Origin: an uncultured bacterium
GTDB taxonomy: Bacteria; Patescibacteriota; Minisyncoccia; Phycocordibacterales; Phycocordibacteraceae
Length of the DNA: 64,000 bases
NCBI GenBank assembly: GCA_947085505.1
Contig: CAMTWI010000003.1
Coordinates: 7,319-71,318 of the forward strand
Reading direction: 5' to 3'
A program made the position numbers and the translations under genes. Below, piece by piece: positions 54,384-63,879 of the stretch. How positions within the stretch are numbered: position 1 is the first letter of the stretch; each line of letters starts with the position of its first letter. The notes beneath the pieces were generated by a model, which saw only the letters and a program-made list of their open reading frames with translations, was not told where the DNA came from and did not search any database.

Positions 54384-55603
54384 TGCAGCCTATGAACCGC
54401 CGCATCCTCATCATTGTCGCCAGCATCGTAGTTGTACTCGGCCTGCTTGTTGGTGCGTACTTCCTCTTCTTTAACAACCCGACTCTCTCGGTTGGAGTAC
54501 CAAGTAACCCCTTCGGTTCGAGTGGGAATCGCACAGAAACCGAACTTCTCAGTCCAGACGGGCAACCCACTCGAGGGGCTGGGACAGTTGTGGCACCCCG
54601 TCTTATACGTATTAGCGACGCACCTGTCGCCAAGGGCGCTGTAGCACTTTATATCCCGCCAGTACCTGCAGCGACTTCTACAGAGCCTGGTATACCTGCT
54701 GATACTGAGATTCGCTTCATAGAGCGCCAGAGCGGGAACATCTACGCATTCAGGGTCCATGATCGTGTGCTTACCCGTATTTCAAACCGCACACTTCCGG
54801 GTATACAGGAAGCAGCTTGGACCACAGACGGCGGTCGTGCATTCGTTCGCTACCTAACACGATCAACTGATGGTACAGAGCGTGTTGATACCTACATGCT
54901 CCCAGCTGATGGTGGAGAAGGGTACTTCCTTGAGCAGGATCTCGAGCAGGTTGCTGTACGAGCCACAAGCACGGTGTTCTCACTCCTTCCGAGCACGTCT
55001 GGATCCATTGGGTCTTTGTCTTCTCCAGACGGAACAAACGTACGAACACTCTTTACGTCAGCGCTTTCACGACTACGTGCAGGATTCTCTGGTGCAAACA
55101 TTGTTGCAACCACCAAAGCCTCGAGCGGGCTTGATGGATATTCGTTCCTTGTGGACGGCGGGTCATTCACGCGCATCCTGGGGCCCCTCAGGGGACTTGC
55201 AACCCTTCCAAACCAAGAAGGGACATCAGTCCTCTACAGCCATGTAGATGCCAATCGCACCTACCTGCAAGTACTTGACCTCGCAACAAGAAACGCAACG
55301 GCACTTCCGCTCGTTACGCTCGTAGAGAAATGCGTGTGGGAACCAGGAGGCAGGGCAGTGTATTGCGGTGTACCAACCGCACTCGCAGGCAACGTTCCAG
55401 ACGAATGGTATCAAGGCGCTAAAACATTCTCTGACCGCATCTGGCGCATCGATTTAGATACCCGTCTCGCAACACTTGTCGTTGACCCAGGACAAGTGGC
55501 AAATGTGGCCATTGACGCGATTGCGCTCACAATTGATTCGAAGGGTGATGTCCTTGTCTTTACAAACAAGAAAGACGGCACGCTCTGGGTATACGACCTT
55601 TAA
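54383..55603 (+). CDS. N-terminally anchored extracytoplasmic protein of unknown function, last gene of T4SS-like operon
   Basis: Single N-terminal TM. The ectodomain is beta-rich. Its start overlaps the upstream stop (TAATG). Confidence 0.4.
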   Translation: MQPMNRRILIIVASIVVVLGLLVGAYFLFFNNPTLSVGVPSNPFGSSGNRTETELLSPDGQPTRGAGTVVAPRLIRISDAPVAKGAVALYIPPVPAATSTEPGIPADTEIRFIERQSGNIYAFRVHDRVLTRISNRTLPGIQEAAWTTDGGRAFVRYLTRSTDGTERVDTYMLPADGGEGYFLEQDLEQVAVRATSTVFSLLPSTSGSIGSLSSPDGTNVRTLFTSALSRLRAGFSGANIVATTKASSGLDGYSFLVDGGSFTRILGPLRGLATLPNQEGTSVLYSHVDANRTYLQVLDLATRNATALPLVTLVEKCVWEPGGRAVYCGVPTALAGNVPDEWYQGAKTFSDRIWRIDLDTRLATLVVDPGQVANVAIDAIALTIDSKGDVLVFTNKKDGTLWVYDL

Positions 55604-55610
55604 GAAATAG

Positions 55611-55641
55611 CAAAAGGGCCCGTATATACGGGCCCTTTTGC
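55611..55641. terminator. bidirectional hairpin terminator between T4SS-like operon and yidC
   Basis: AAAAGGGCCCGTATATACGGGCCCTTTTG. Confidence 0.7.
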
Positions 55642-56378
55642 TATTTAACTGCGACGAGCTCTATCTTCTTTCGGCGGATAATAAATTCCTGAAGAACACC
55701 TACCAGGTTGCTCGTTATAAAGTAGAGAGCGATGGCAACCGAGGTGTAGTACGCAGCAACACCTATGAACACCGGGAGCATAAATCGCATCTGGAGCGCG
55801 AGCGAGCGTCCAAAGTCTGCCTGCATGTCCGTTCCTGGTTTCTTTGTACTCTTCTCAGGAACAGGTATTGCATACCAACCGTATGCGAACTGAGTGACTG
55901 CAGCGATAAGTGCAAGAATAATGCTCGCTCCCGTAACCGCAAAAACCCCCAAGAAGAGTGGCGCGATAGCGAGTGGAGCCGGAACGAATGAATAAAGAAT
56001 AGAAGCATCAACCGTAAGGAGGGTCTTGTTGTTGAACACCCAGTAGAGCGCAATAACAATCGGGAGCTGGATGATGAGTGTGAGAAGCCCTGCGAATGGA
56101 TTCACCCCATACTTCTTGTAAAGTGCGAACATTTCTTTCGCCTGGTTCTCTTTATCATCCTTGAGCTTCTCACGAATCTCTTTCATCTCTGGCTCAATGG
56201 CCTTGATTGCTCGCTGGGTGCGGAGTGCCGCGAACGAGAGCGGCATAAGGATGACTTTAACGATCAAGGTTGCCACAACCACCGCCAAACCAATATCCTG
56301 CCCAGGCAGGATATCTGTAAGGAACATGAGGAGGTTATAAATCGGCGCGTAGAGAACAGTATGGAAGAAGGACATCAT
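55641..56378 (-). CDS. yidC: membrane protein insertase YidC (short, Gram-positive/CPR-type)
   Basis: Five TM helices, with conserved YidC/Oxa1 core motifs. It sits in rpmH-rnpA-yidC synteny. Confidence 0.85.
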   Translation of the reverse strand: MMSFFHTVLYAPIYNLLMFLTDILPGQDIGLAVVVATLIVKVILMPLSFAALRTQRAIKAIEPEMKEIREKLKDDKENQAKEMFALYKKYGVNPFAGLLTLIIQLPIVIALYWVFNNKTLLTVDASILYSFVPAPLAIAPLFLGVFAVTGASIILALIAAVTQFAYGWYAIPVPEKSTKKPGTDMQADFGRSLALQMRFMLPVFIGVAAYYTSVAIALYFITSNLVGVLQEFIIRRKKIELVAVK

Positions 56379-56389
56379 GGAAGTTCAGT

Positions 56390-56716
56390 CTACCGCACTT
56401 CAGGGAAGGCGCGAGCGAGTAGATCTTCCAGCTCTTCCTTGAGAACAGGGAAGGGAAGGGTCTGGCTTCCTGGGCGAGCATAGATAATGAGCGCGCGAGT
56501 GGGAAGACACCAGGGTTTGAGCACCGAAAGGACCCGACGCTTCAGGAGATGCCGTCCAACGGACAATTTTGAGACCTTTTTAGAGACAACAACTGCACAA
56601 CCGCCTTCGATCTGATTTTCCCGTATGGATAGGGAAAAATGGCTTGAAACAAGCCTTTTTTCAGGTCCAGTAGGCGCAAAGTGCGCCCGAGTGAGGCGCA
56701 ATTTACGTGGAATCAT
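56390..56716 (-). CDS. rnpA: ribonuclease P protein component
   Basis: Small basic protein directly downstream of rpmH. Its ATG overlaps the rpmH stop by 1 nt. Confidence 0.75.
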   Translation of the reverse strand: MIPRKLRLTRAHFAPTGPEKRLVSSHFSLSIRENQIEGGCAVVVSKKVSKLSVGRHLLKRRVLSVLKPWCLPTRALIIYARPGSQTLPFPVLKEELEDLLARAFPEVR

Positions 56717-56853
56717 TAGACAGTGAGCTTCGAGCGACCCTTGCGACGACGGCGAAGGAGAACGGCACGTCCTGTAGGGGTGCTCGTACGAGCACGGAAG
56801 CCGTGCGTACGCGCGCGCTTACGCTTTTTCGGCTGATAGGTGCGCTTTGGCAT
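56716..56853 (-). CDS. rpmH: 50S ribosomal protein L34
   Basis: Hand translation gives [45 protein letters not shown]. At 45 aa it is below the ORF-track length cutoff. Confidence 0.85.
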   Translation of the reverse strand: MPKRTYQPKKRKRARTHGFRARTSTPTGRAVLLRRRRKGRSKLTV

Positions 56854-56942
56854 ATGCACAGGATACTAACAGGTTGACGAGAGAGTAGCAAGTAAATGCC
56901 TTATAGGTGCCCTAGTCGCACATTTTTGAAACGTCCGTATAC

Positions 56943-56951
56943 TTATCCACA
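56943..56951 (+). promoter_or_regulatory. consensus DnaA box TTATCCACA, 2 nt upstream of dnaA ATG
   Basis: Exact 9-mer match. Confidence 0.6.
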
Positions 56952-56953
56952 CG

Positions 56954-58303
56954 ATGAATAGACTTGATGCGCGGGAACTCTGGGAATACACCCTCACGCA
57001 GGTGGAGCTCTCCATTTCTCCCGCTAACTTCAACACCTGGTTCCGCGACAGCTCGATAGTAAAGATTGAAGAGGGGATTGTATACATTGGCGTTCCGAGC
57101 CAGTTCTTCCGTGATTGGTACTTAAAGAAGTTCAATATGCTTCTTCTGAAAATCATTCGCGGGGTCTCTCACGAGTACCGAAATATCGAGTACATGATCG
57201 TAAAAGACGATCGCCGACGTCCCAAGGAACCTCGCCATAAGCCACAGCAAACGGTTGAGATGCCGCTCGACGAGTTCTATATAAACAAGAGCGACGGCCT
57301 AAATCCTCGGTATACCTTCGATACGTTCGTCGTTGGTTCCTTCAACGAACTCGCGCACACTGCCGCTCAGGCCGCTCTGAAGCGCCCAGGAATCATGTAT
57401 AACCCTCTGTTTATCTACGGAGACACCGGAAGAGGGAAGACACACTTGATCCAGGCTATCGGGAACCAGTTCAAGAAGCTCTATCCAGGGCGAAAAGTGT
57501 ACTACTTAACAGCAGAAACCTTCGGCCAGGACTATACAAACTCTATCCAAGCTGGAAATACCAACCGTTTCAAAGAAAAGTACCGCCAGTACGATCTGTT
57601 GATCATGGACGACATCCAGTTCTTCTCGAAGAAGGATAAAACACAGGAAGAACTGTTCCATCTCTTCAACGCCCTCTACGACAACAACAAACAGATCCTA
57701 TTCTCCTCTGATAGGGCACCAGCAGCGATCCCTGATATCGCAGACAGGCTCCGCGGCCGCTTTGCTGCCGGTATGTCAATTGATATTGGAGAACCAGACA
57801 CTGAAAGCCGCATGGCTATCGTCCGAAAAAAAGCGGCATCACACGGCGTCTATCTCTCGGACGAGGTTATCGAGCACATTGCGACCTCTATCTCAGGTTC
57901 AATTCGCGAGCTAGAAGGGGTCATCAACAGCGTGGTCTGTCATACCCAAGTGAAAGGTGTTCCACCAGACCTCGCAGAAGTTCGTCATTCGCTCCGCTCC
58001 TTTGCACGTCCGCAGAAAACAGTCTCTGTGAAGCATGTGGTGTCTAAGGTTGCTGAGTTCTACGGCATTGATGAGGAGAGTATCTATGAGAAGACTCGTA
58101 GAAGGGAAGTAGTGCGTCCTCGACAAGTAATCATGTATCTACTCAGAGAGGACTTCAACGCCTCGTACCCAACCATAGGGTCAAAGCTTGGTGGCAGGGA
58201 CCACACAACCGTCATTCATTCATGCGAGAAGGTAAAGCGAGAAATAATAGTTGACCCAGACCTTGCAAAAGAGATCCAAGATATTAGAAGTCTGTTGGTA
58301 TAG
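56954..58303 (+). CDS. dnaA: chromosomal replication initiator DnaA
   Basis: Walker A GDTGRGKTHL, the AAA+ sensor motifs, and the C-terminal DNA-binding domain. Length 449 aa. Confidence 0.95.
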   Translation: MNRLDARELWEYTLTQVELSISPANFNTWFRDSSIVKIEEGIVYIGVPSQFFRDWYLKKFNMLLLKIIRGVSHEYRNIEYMIVKDDRRRPKEPRHKPQQTVEMPLDEFYINKSDGLNPRYTFDTFVVGSFNELAHTAAQAALKRPGIMYNPLFIYGDTGRGKTHLIQAIGNQFKKLYPGRKVYYLTAETFGQDYTNSIQAGNTNRFKEKYRQYDLLIMDDIQFFSKKDKTQEELFHLFNALYDNNKQILFSSDRAPAAIPDIADRLRGRFAAGMSIDIGEPDTESRMAIVRKKAASHGVYLSDEVIEHIATSISGSIRELEGVINSVVCHTQVKGVPPDLAEVRHSLRSFARPQKTVSVKHVVSKVAEFYGIDEESIYEKTRRREVVRPRQVIMYLLREDFNASYPTIGSKLGGRDHTTVIHSCEKVKREIIVDPDLAKEIQDIRSLLV

Positions 58304-58515
58304 TTGGGGAAAACCTATGGATAACCTTCGAAGAAACACGGGGACATGTAGGGGAAAGAAGGGTTTCCGAGAGGACAACAATTTGTTATCCCCAGAACAT
58401 CTCGTCCAGACGAGGCCGCCCTCAACAGGTTGTTTCCGAGTGAAGCGTCTTAATAGAGCCAGTCTATTGAACGGAAGGGGTTGTCCCCCGTGTCCACACC
58501 CCTAATAATAGGACT
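58304..58515. other. candidate oriC / DnaA-box cluster in dnaA-dnaN spacer
   Basis: One-mismatch DnaA boxes: TTATCCATA on the minus strand at about 58313-58321 and TTATCCCCA at about 58385-58393. A 2-mismatch box lies at about 58489-58497. An AT-rich stretch runs into the dnaN start. Confidence 0.45.
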
Positions 58516-59616
58516 ATGATTATTACTTTAGATAAAAAAGAATTCTCAGAGGGAGTGCAGAGCGTTGCACGCTTCGCTGAGAGGAGAAGCGGTACCCTTC
58601 CAGTACTTGCCGGCATTGCAATCATTGCAGGGGACGACGGTATTAAGCTTCGTGCCACTAATCTCGAGACCGGAGTTGATTTGAAAGTCGAAGGCACGAT
58701 CAAGAGTGATGGAGTTGTGGCGCTTCCTGCGTCCACACTTCGTGATATTGCGTCTTCGCTTTCTGGAAGTGGCACTCTAACGCTTGAGCACTCAGGCGAC
58801 ACGGTCCTTGTATCAACCGGAAACGGCCGCTCAACGCTTAAGACCCTTCCGTTCGAGGATTTCCCTACACTTCCGCTCCCTGAGTCTCCACGGGCGAAAT
58901 TCGAGCTTCCTGGAAGTCTTCTTAAGGCGCTTGTTATGTCCGTTGTGTCGTATGCGTCGACTTCAACCGTTCGTCCTGAACTCGCCTCTGTTCTTATTGC
59001 GGGCGAAGGAGCTGCACTTAAGGCGGTTGCGACTGATTCTTTCCGCTTGGCAGAGAAGAAAGTATCCCTCTCAAGCTCTATTGCGGCGTTCTCAATGCTC
59101 ATTCCTGCAAAGAATGCGATTGATATCATGCAGACGTTGCCTGACGAGACGATTGAAATCGCTGTAGATGAGCACCAGTGTGCGTTCTATTGGAAGAAAG
59201 GCGTTCTTACGACTCGTCTCGTTACCGCAAACTACCCTGATTACACGCAGATTATCCCGAAATCCTTTATTTCTGAGGCGACAGTCCTTAAGAAAGATTT
59301 CGAGGCAGCACTTCGCCGTACCGCCATCTTCTCCGACACTTTCCAGAAGGTACGTCTTGGGTTTGATGCAGGATCGAAAGCTGTTGCGCTCTCCGCACAG
59401 AATGCTGATGTGGGGGATTCAGCCGAATCCATCCCTGCAGCTATTTCAGGGGACGCAGTTGAGCTCTCCTTTAACCATCGGTATCTCTCAGCGCCTATCT
59501 CAACGATTGCTGCTGAGAGTATTTCCTTGTCCGCGAGCGGTATTGGAAGGGCAATGGTTATGCGGGGATCAGGAGATACGTCATTTCTGTATCTTGTGAT
59601 GCCAATGAATCAGTAG
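58516..59616 (+). CDS. dnaN: DNA polymerase III beta sliding clamp
   Basis: Three-domain clamp, 366 aa, in the conserved position after dnaA. Confidence 0.9.
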   Translation: MIITLDKKEFSEGVQSVARFAERRSGTLPVLAGIAIIAGDDGIKLRATNLETGVDLKVEGTIKSDGVVALPASTLRDIASSLSGSGTLTLEHSGDTVLVSTGNGRSTLKTLPFEDFPTLPLPESPRAKFELPGSLLKALVMSVVSYASTSTVRPELASVLIAGEGAALKAVATDSFRLAEKKVSLSSSIAAFSMLIPAKNAIDIMQTLPDETIEIAVDEHQCAFYWKKGVLTTRLVTANYPDYTQIIPKSFISEATVLKKDFEAALRRTAIFSDTFQKVRLGFDAGSKAVALSAQNADVGDSAESIPAAISGDAVELSFNHRYLSAPISTIAAESISLSASGIGRAMVMRGSGDTSFLYLVMPMNQ

Positions 59617-59637
59617 GTTTGATTTCTGGTCTCCCAG

Positions 59638-60270
59638 TTAATTAACTTTCCGTGCTTTCAGTCCTATGAAGTCATACGACTCTTCTCCTACAAGAACAGG
59701 ATAGAATCCGTCTTCGCATTCAACAAAGTTTTCATACACTCCAGGTTCAGTTATAAGGCCATACACTTCGTATAGCGTAAGAGGGGACGATTCCCCGGAC
59801 TCGAGAGCATCGAGTACTGAAAGAGAAGTATCGAAACTCTCCTGGGTGTCATACCCAGAAATCTCAACAGCAATACCATCGCGTACGTTTATAAGTGCGC
59901 GGCCTTTCTTTATGTTGTGCGTCATCAAGACCGCATGAGTGAGTCCGGTCCGCTCAGCCAGAGGAAGCATGGCTTTATCCATGAGGATTGCAAAAGGTGG
60001 TCCCTTAGCGGAAGTGGTATGGAAATCTATAACGACGTCTTGAAGCGGGATGAGATCGAGTATCTCTTGAGAACGCTTTGACTCAAGGGTGTCAGTGTAT
60101 ACGCCGTAAGAAGCATTGAGGTCCTGATCTATAAAACGCACATTCTTGTTTCCAGCTTCTGGATTACCAAGAACAAACTCGTATCCACGAGAGATGAGGG
60201 CTCGAACAGGACCTTTTTCGTTTCCGTGCTGGCCAGCAACTATTTGTACTGTTCTCCCATTAAATTCCAT
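59638..60270 (-). CDS. succinylglutamate desuccinylase/aspartoacylase (AstE/AspA) family zinc hydrolase
   Basis: GQHGNE N-terminal metal-binding motif. Length about 210 aa. Confidence 0.6.
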   Translation of the reverse strand: MEFNGRTVQIVAGQHGNEKGPVRALISRGYEFVLGNPEAGNKNVRFIDQDLNASYGVYTDTLESKRSQEILDLIPLQDVVIDFHTTSAKGPPFAILMDKAMLPLAERTGLTHAVLMTHNIKKGRALINVRDGIAVEISGYDTQESFDTSLSVLDALESGESSPLTLYEVYGLITEPGVYENFVECEDGFYPVLVGEESYDFIGLKARKVN

Positions 60271-60364
60271 ACCCCCAGTCTACCTGAGGGTAGTTCTTTC
60301 GAATATCGTCCCAGACGGCCAGCAAAGCAAAACCGTACCAAGTACGGTTTTGCTTTTCTCAAGA

Positions 60365-62572
60365 CTAATTATTCTCCTCCCGTTGCCTTCTGCGCTCCTC
60401 TCGATCTAGATCCCGCTGCTCTCTATCAGTTAGTTCTGGCTCAATATCTGGTGTTGTTGTTGCGGCGTCTTGCTGCATTTGTTGCATTGCGCCCGTCCAT
60501 AGCTGAATTGGTGTTTCCCAGTACGCCAGTTGCGGATCAGCGTACGGATTAACTGGTGGGGGACCTTGAGGATTCTCTTTATTCGTTAAGAGAAGAAGGG
60601 AGTGGTAGATCACGACACCGCGAAGTACCGCCGGAGCGCTCTCAGGGATACCTGGTGGGTCGTTAAAGTATTCCTTCGGCACTTTTGTGAGAGCAACATC
60701 CATAAACGCACGCCACATTGGTGCCACAATGTACCCTGCAATCTCCTTAAACATTGGCGTGTTGTCGTTGTTTCCGGCCCATATCGCAACCGCGAGCGTT
60801 GGAGAGTATCCAACGGTCCACGCATCACGCGACTCGTTCGTGGTACCGGTTTTCGCGGCAACATCGTAGTCAGGAATGGAGAGCGGATTAATAGGGTTAT
60901 AGGAAGGAATACGAGCCTGATTGTCTGACATCATATCCGCAATCTGGCGCGCTACGCTTGGGTCGATAGCTTGCTCTGGTGCTGGAGTGAACTTCTCGAT
61001 AACACGTCCCTTCATGTCGCGGATCTCGAGGATACCGGTTGGGGGATTCCTAACTCCATCGTTTGCGAACACACCCATAGCGCTCGCCATCTGGAGTGGG
61101 GAGACCTCAGCAGCACCAAGCGCAAAGGAAAGACCATAATCCTTGGCGGCACCAAGATTGGTGATACCCATGCGTGTTGAGAGATTGATGACGTTATTGA
61201 TGCCTGCGAGATAGAGCACCTTCACTGCCGGAATGTTGATTGACTGTGCAAGAGCGGAACGAAACGTCATAGGACCTCTGAACTTGAGATCGTAGTTCTG
61301 GGGTGCATAACACGGAGGCGCGCTATTGCTAGTGTCTGAAGGTGAACATGCGGTGGAGAACTGCGTTGGTACATCAAAGATAATGGTCTCTGGTGTGTAC
61401 CCCTTCTCAAGCGCTGCCGCATACACAAATGGCTTGAATGCGGATCCTGGCTGGCGAGGAGCAACGGCGACGTTGTAATTTCCTGGAATGATCTCATCAA
61501 AGTAATCACGTGACCCAACCATGGAGAGAATCTGTCCAGTCTTCGGGTCTATGGCAACCAAGGCGGCGTTCGAAGCATTGAATCTTGCCGCGTTCGCGAG
61601 CGCGTACTCCTTTACGATTGATTGCGCTGCGTTCTGCATTTCTGCATCGAGTGTCGTTATAACGGAGAGGCCTTGGGTAACGACGTCTGGGCCGTATTTT
61701 TTCTCAAGGAGCCCTTCAATATAGAAGACAAAGTGTGGCGCGAGGATTGAGTTGTTCTGTTGACGACTGAACACAACAACCTCACGCTTTGCAGCGGCTG
61801 CCTCTTCTGCACTGAGGTACCCGAGGTACTCCATGCGATCGATTACATAATTCTTACGTATATCAAGTTCGTCTCGGTTGTTGCCGTATGGGGAGTAGTA
61901 GGTTGGAAGTTGTGGAATTGCAGCGAGGTATGCAGCCTCAGCAACAGAGAGATCAATCGCACTTTTTCCATAGAAAGACCGCGCTGCAACCTCAGCGCCA
62001 TACATCGTCCCGCCGTACGGCGTTACGTTGAAATAGAATTCAAGAATCTGGTCCTTCGTGTACTTCTGCTCAAGTTTCCAGGCAAGAACCCACTCCTGGA
62101 ACTTACGAATTGGCGTCTTATTACCCGAGAGAATCGTATTCTTCACCACCTGCTGTGTGATGGTTGATCCGCCCTGCGCAAAGGACAGGGTCTGGATATC
62201 TACCCAAATAGCTCTCGCAATAGCTCTCAAGGACACACCACTGTGGTTGTAGAAATCCGAGTCTTCAATTGCGATGGCTGCTCTCTGGAGGTTTGGTGAG
62301 ATTTCAGAAAGAGGAACAACATTCCGACGCACATCGTGATTGAGATCGTACAAAACGGTCTTTCCGCTGCGGTCGTAAATCTTAGTGGACTGCGCGACTT
62401 TCCGAGAATCAAAGGAGTTTAGGTCCGGGATAGGAGTAAGAGCGGCCCAAAGGATGCCAGCACCTGCAAGGAGCATAAGGCCGCCGATAATAATGAAGAG
62501 CGCACGCAGTATTGGGTGCGGATTCTCAAGATGTCCCCGGACATTTAGCTTTTTACGAGGGCGCTTCGGCAT
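60365..62572 (-). CDS. class A penicillin-binding protein (GT51 transglycosylase plus transpeptidase)
   Basis: N-terminal TM, GT51 motifs EDSDFYNHSG and GGSTITQQVVKN, transpeptidase SAFKP (SxxK), and a low-complexity charged C-tail. Confidence 0.85.
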   Translation of the reverse strand: MPKRPRKKLNVRGHLENPHPILRALFIIIGGLMLLAGAGILWAALTPIPDLNSFDSRKVAQSTKIYDRSGKTVLYDLNHDVRRNVVPLSEISPNLQRAAIAIEDSDFYNHSGVSLRAIARAIWVDIQTLSFAQGGSTITQQVVKNTILSGNKTPIRKFQEWVLAWKLEQKYTKDQILEFYFNVTPYGGTMYGAEVAARSFYGKSAIDLSVAEAAYLAAIPQLPTYYSPYGNNRDELDIRKNYVIDRMEYLGYLSAEEAAAAKREVVVFSRQQNNSILAPHFVFYIEGLLEKKYGPDVVTQGLSVITTLDAEMQNAAQSIVKEYALANAARFNASNAALVAIDPKTGQILSMVGSRDYFDEIIPGNYNVAVAPRQPGSAFKPFVYAAALEKGYTPETIIFDVPTQFSTACSPSDTSNSAPPCYAPQNYDLKFRGPMTFRSALAQSINIPAVKVLYLAGINNVINLSTRMGITNLGAAKDYGLSFALGAAEVSPLQMASAMGVFANDGVRNPPTGILEIRDMKGRVIEKFTPAPEQAIDPSVARQIADMMSDNQARIPSYNPINPLSIPDYDVAAKTGTTNESRDAWTVGYSPTLAVAIWAGNNDNTPMFKEIAGYIVAPMWRAFMDVALTKVPKEYFNDPPGIPESAPAVLRGVVIYHSLLLLTNKENPQGPPPVNPYADPQLAYWETPIQLWTGAMQQMQQDAATTTPDIEPELTDREQRDLDREERRRQREENN

Positions 62573-62618
62573 GATTTGACCATGTTATCACGAAGAACGG
62601 CCCCGTGGGGCCGTTTTC

Positions 62619-62741
62619 TTAGAGGAGATTCTCGTCCTCAACCTCTTCTTCATCCTCTGTAACCTCCTCCTCGTCTACGAGAGGAAAGCCATTCTCGTCG
62701 AGTTCTTCCTCAGGGTCCAAGATCTCATCGTCAAACATCAT
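62619..62741 (-). CDS. candidate 40-aa highly acidic micro-protein
   Basis: Hand translation gives MMFDDEILDPEEELDENGFPLVDEEEVTEDEEEVEDENLL. It lies between ruvC and the PBP gene. A hairpin lies just downstream at about 62590-62616. It is below the ORF-track cutoff. Confidence 0.25.
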   Translation of the reverse strand: MMFDDEILDPEEELDENGFPLVDEEEVTEDEEEVEDENLL

Positions 62742-62827
62742 GGGTACGTAAATTACATTTAGTATGCTCGCGTAATGCAGAGCTCCTCTATTTGAGCAGA
62801 CCGTTCGGAGTTTGCAAACAGGAATTA

Positions 62828-63298
62828 CTAGACGCGTGTGGACAGCGCGCAGATGGCCAGCGCTATCGCATCAAGCTCGTCGTCGAGCCGCTTTTTCTGA
62901 GGTAGCTGTATGAGGCGGGGAAGCATACCTGCTACCGCTTTTTTGTCTGCGTTGCCGTACCCGGTAACAGCAAGCTTCACTTGTTGAGGGGAGTGTTCAG
63001 AAACAGAAAGCCCGGCTTCCGCAGCTGCAGAAAGGGCAGCGCCACGCGCTTCTGCAACACCCAAGGCACTTCGTTTGTTGTTCGTGCTCCAGAAAAGGCT
63101 CTCGATTGCGACACGATCGGGTGCGTGTTCTCTGACCGCAAGTGCTACAGCTTCATGTACAAACGCAAGACGCTCCCCAGTCGCGCCTTTGGGCGGAACG
63201 ATACAGTCGCTCCATATGTGTATTGGGCGTGACGGGTCACCCTCAAGGACAGCCAGGCCCATGCGATCGTATCCAGGGTCGATGGCCAGGATACGCAT
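62828..63298 (-). CDS. ruvC: crossover junction endodeoxyribonuclease RuvC
   Basis: N-terminus ILAIDPGYDRMG plus the catalytic acidic residues. Length 156 aa. Confidence 0.9.
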   Translation of the reverse strand: MRILAIDPGYDRMGLAVLEGDPSRPIHIWSDCIVPPKGATGERLAFVHEAVALAVREHAPDRVAIESLFWSTNNKRSALGVAEARGAALSAAAEAGLSVSEHSPQQVKLAVTGYGNADKKAVAGMLPRLIQLPQKKRLDDELDAIALAICALSTRV

Positions 63299-63300
63299 CG

Positions 63301-63861
63301 TTAGTCGCTCTCGTTACTCTCGTATCCGCGCGCGTTCGTGAACACACGCTGCACATCATCGTTCTCATCGATCAGATCGAAGATCTTTCCGAGCGATTCC
63401 TCGTCGCCCTCAGACAAATCCATCAAAGGATCGTTCGGGGCAAATCTGCCGTCCGAAGACTTTTGGAATGCCCATGCTGCACTTCCCGGTGCACCGAGAT
63501 CGAATCCACTTTTTGAAATAAGATGCTTTATTTCCTGTGTCGTTCGGTTGGTGTTGTCCGTTAGTGCGTCGATGATTATTGCCGTGCCACCCGGTCCGTA
63601 CCACTCGTAGACAACCTGTGTAAGGTCACCAGCCTCTTTTGATCCGCCCTTTGCGATAGCGCGTTCAATATTCTCCTTCGGCATGTTTGCTGCCTTCGCG
63701 CGCTCGATTGCTGACGCAAGACTAGGGGAGGAGAGATTCCCGCCTGCTTTCTTCGCTTCGATAGCAATAAGCTTTGCGAACCTGGCAAATGTCTTTGACC
63801 GTGCAGTATCTGTAACGGCCTTCGCTCGCTTTATCTGAGCCCATTTGCTGTGTCCTGCCAT
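63301..63861 (-). CDS. YebC/PmpR family transcriptional regulator (short form)
   Basis: Hallmark N-terminus MAGHSKWAQIKR. Confidence 0.85.
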   Translation of the reverse strand: MAGHSKWAQIKRAKAVTDTARSKTFARFAKLIAIEAKKAGGNLSSPSLASAIERAKAANMPKENIERAIAKGGSKEAGDLTQVVYEWYGPGGTAIIIDALTDNTNRTTQEIKHLISKSGFDLGAPGSAAWAFQKSSDGRFAPNDPLMDLSEGDEESLGKIFDLIDENDDVQRVFTNARGYESNESD

Positions 63862-63879
63862 AGCTTTACTGTAACAAAA

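Noticed and set aside
56703-56891. 62-aa minus-strand ORF from the six-frame track overlapping the rnpA/rpmH junction
   Set aside because: A different frame on the same strand encodes a near-consensus ribosomal protein L34 at 56716-56853, which explains this region.
58464-59129. 221-aa minus-strand ORF inside dnaN
   Set aside because: It is antisense to the conserved sliding-clamp gene.
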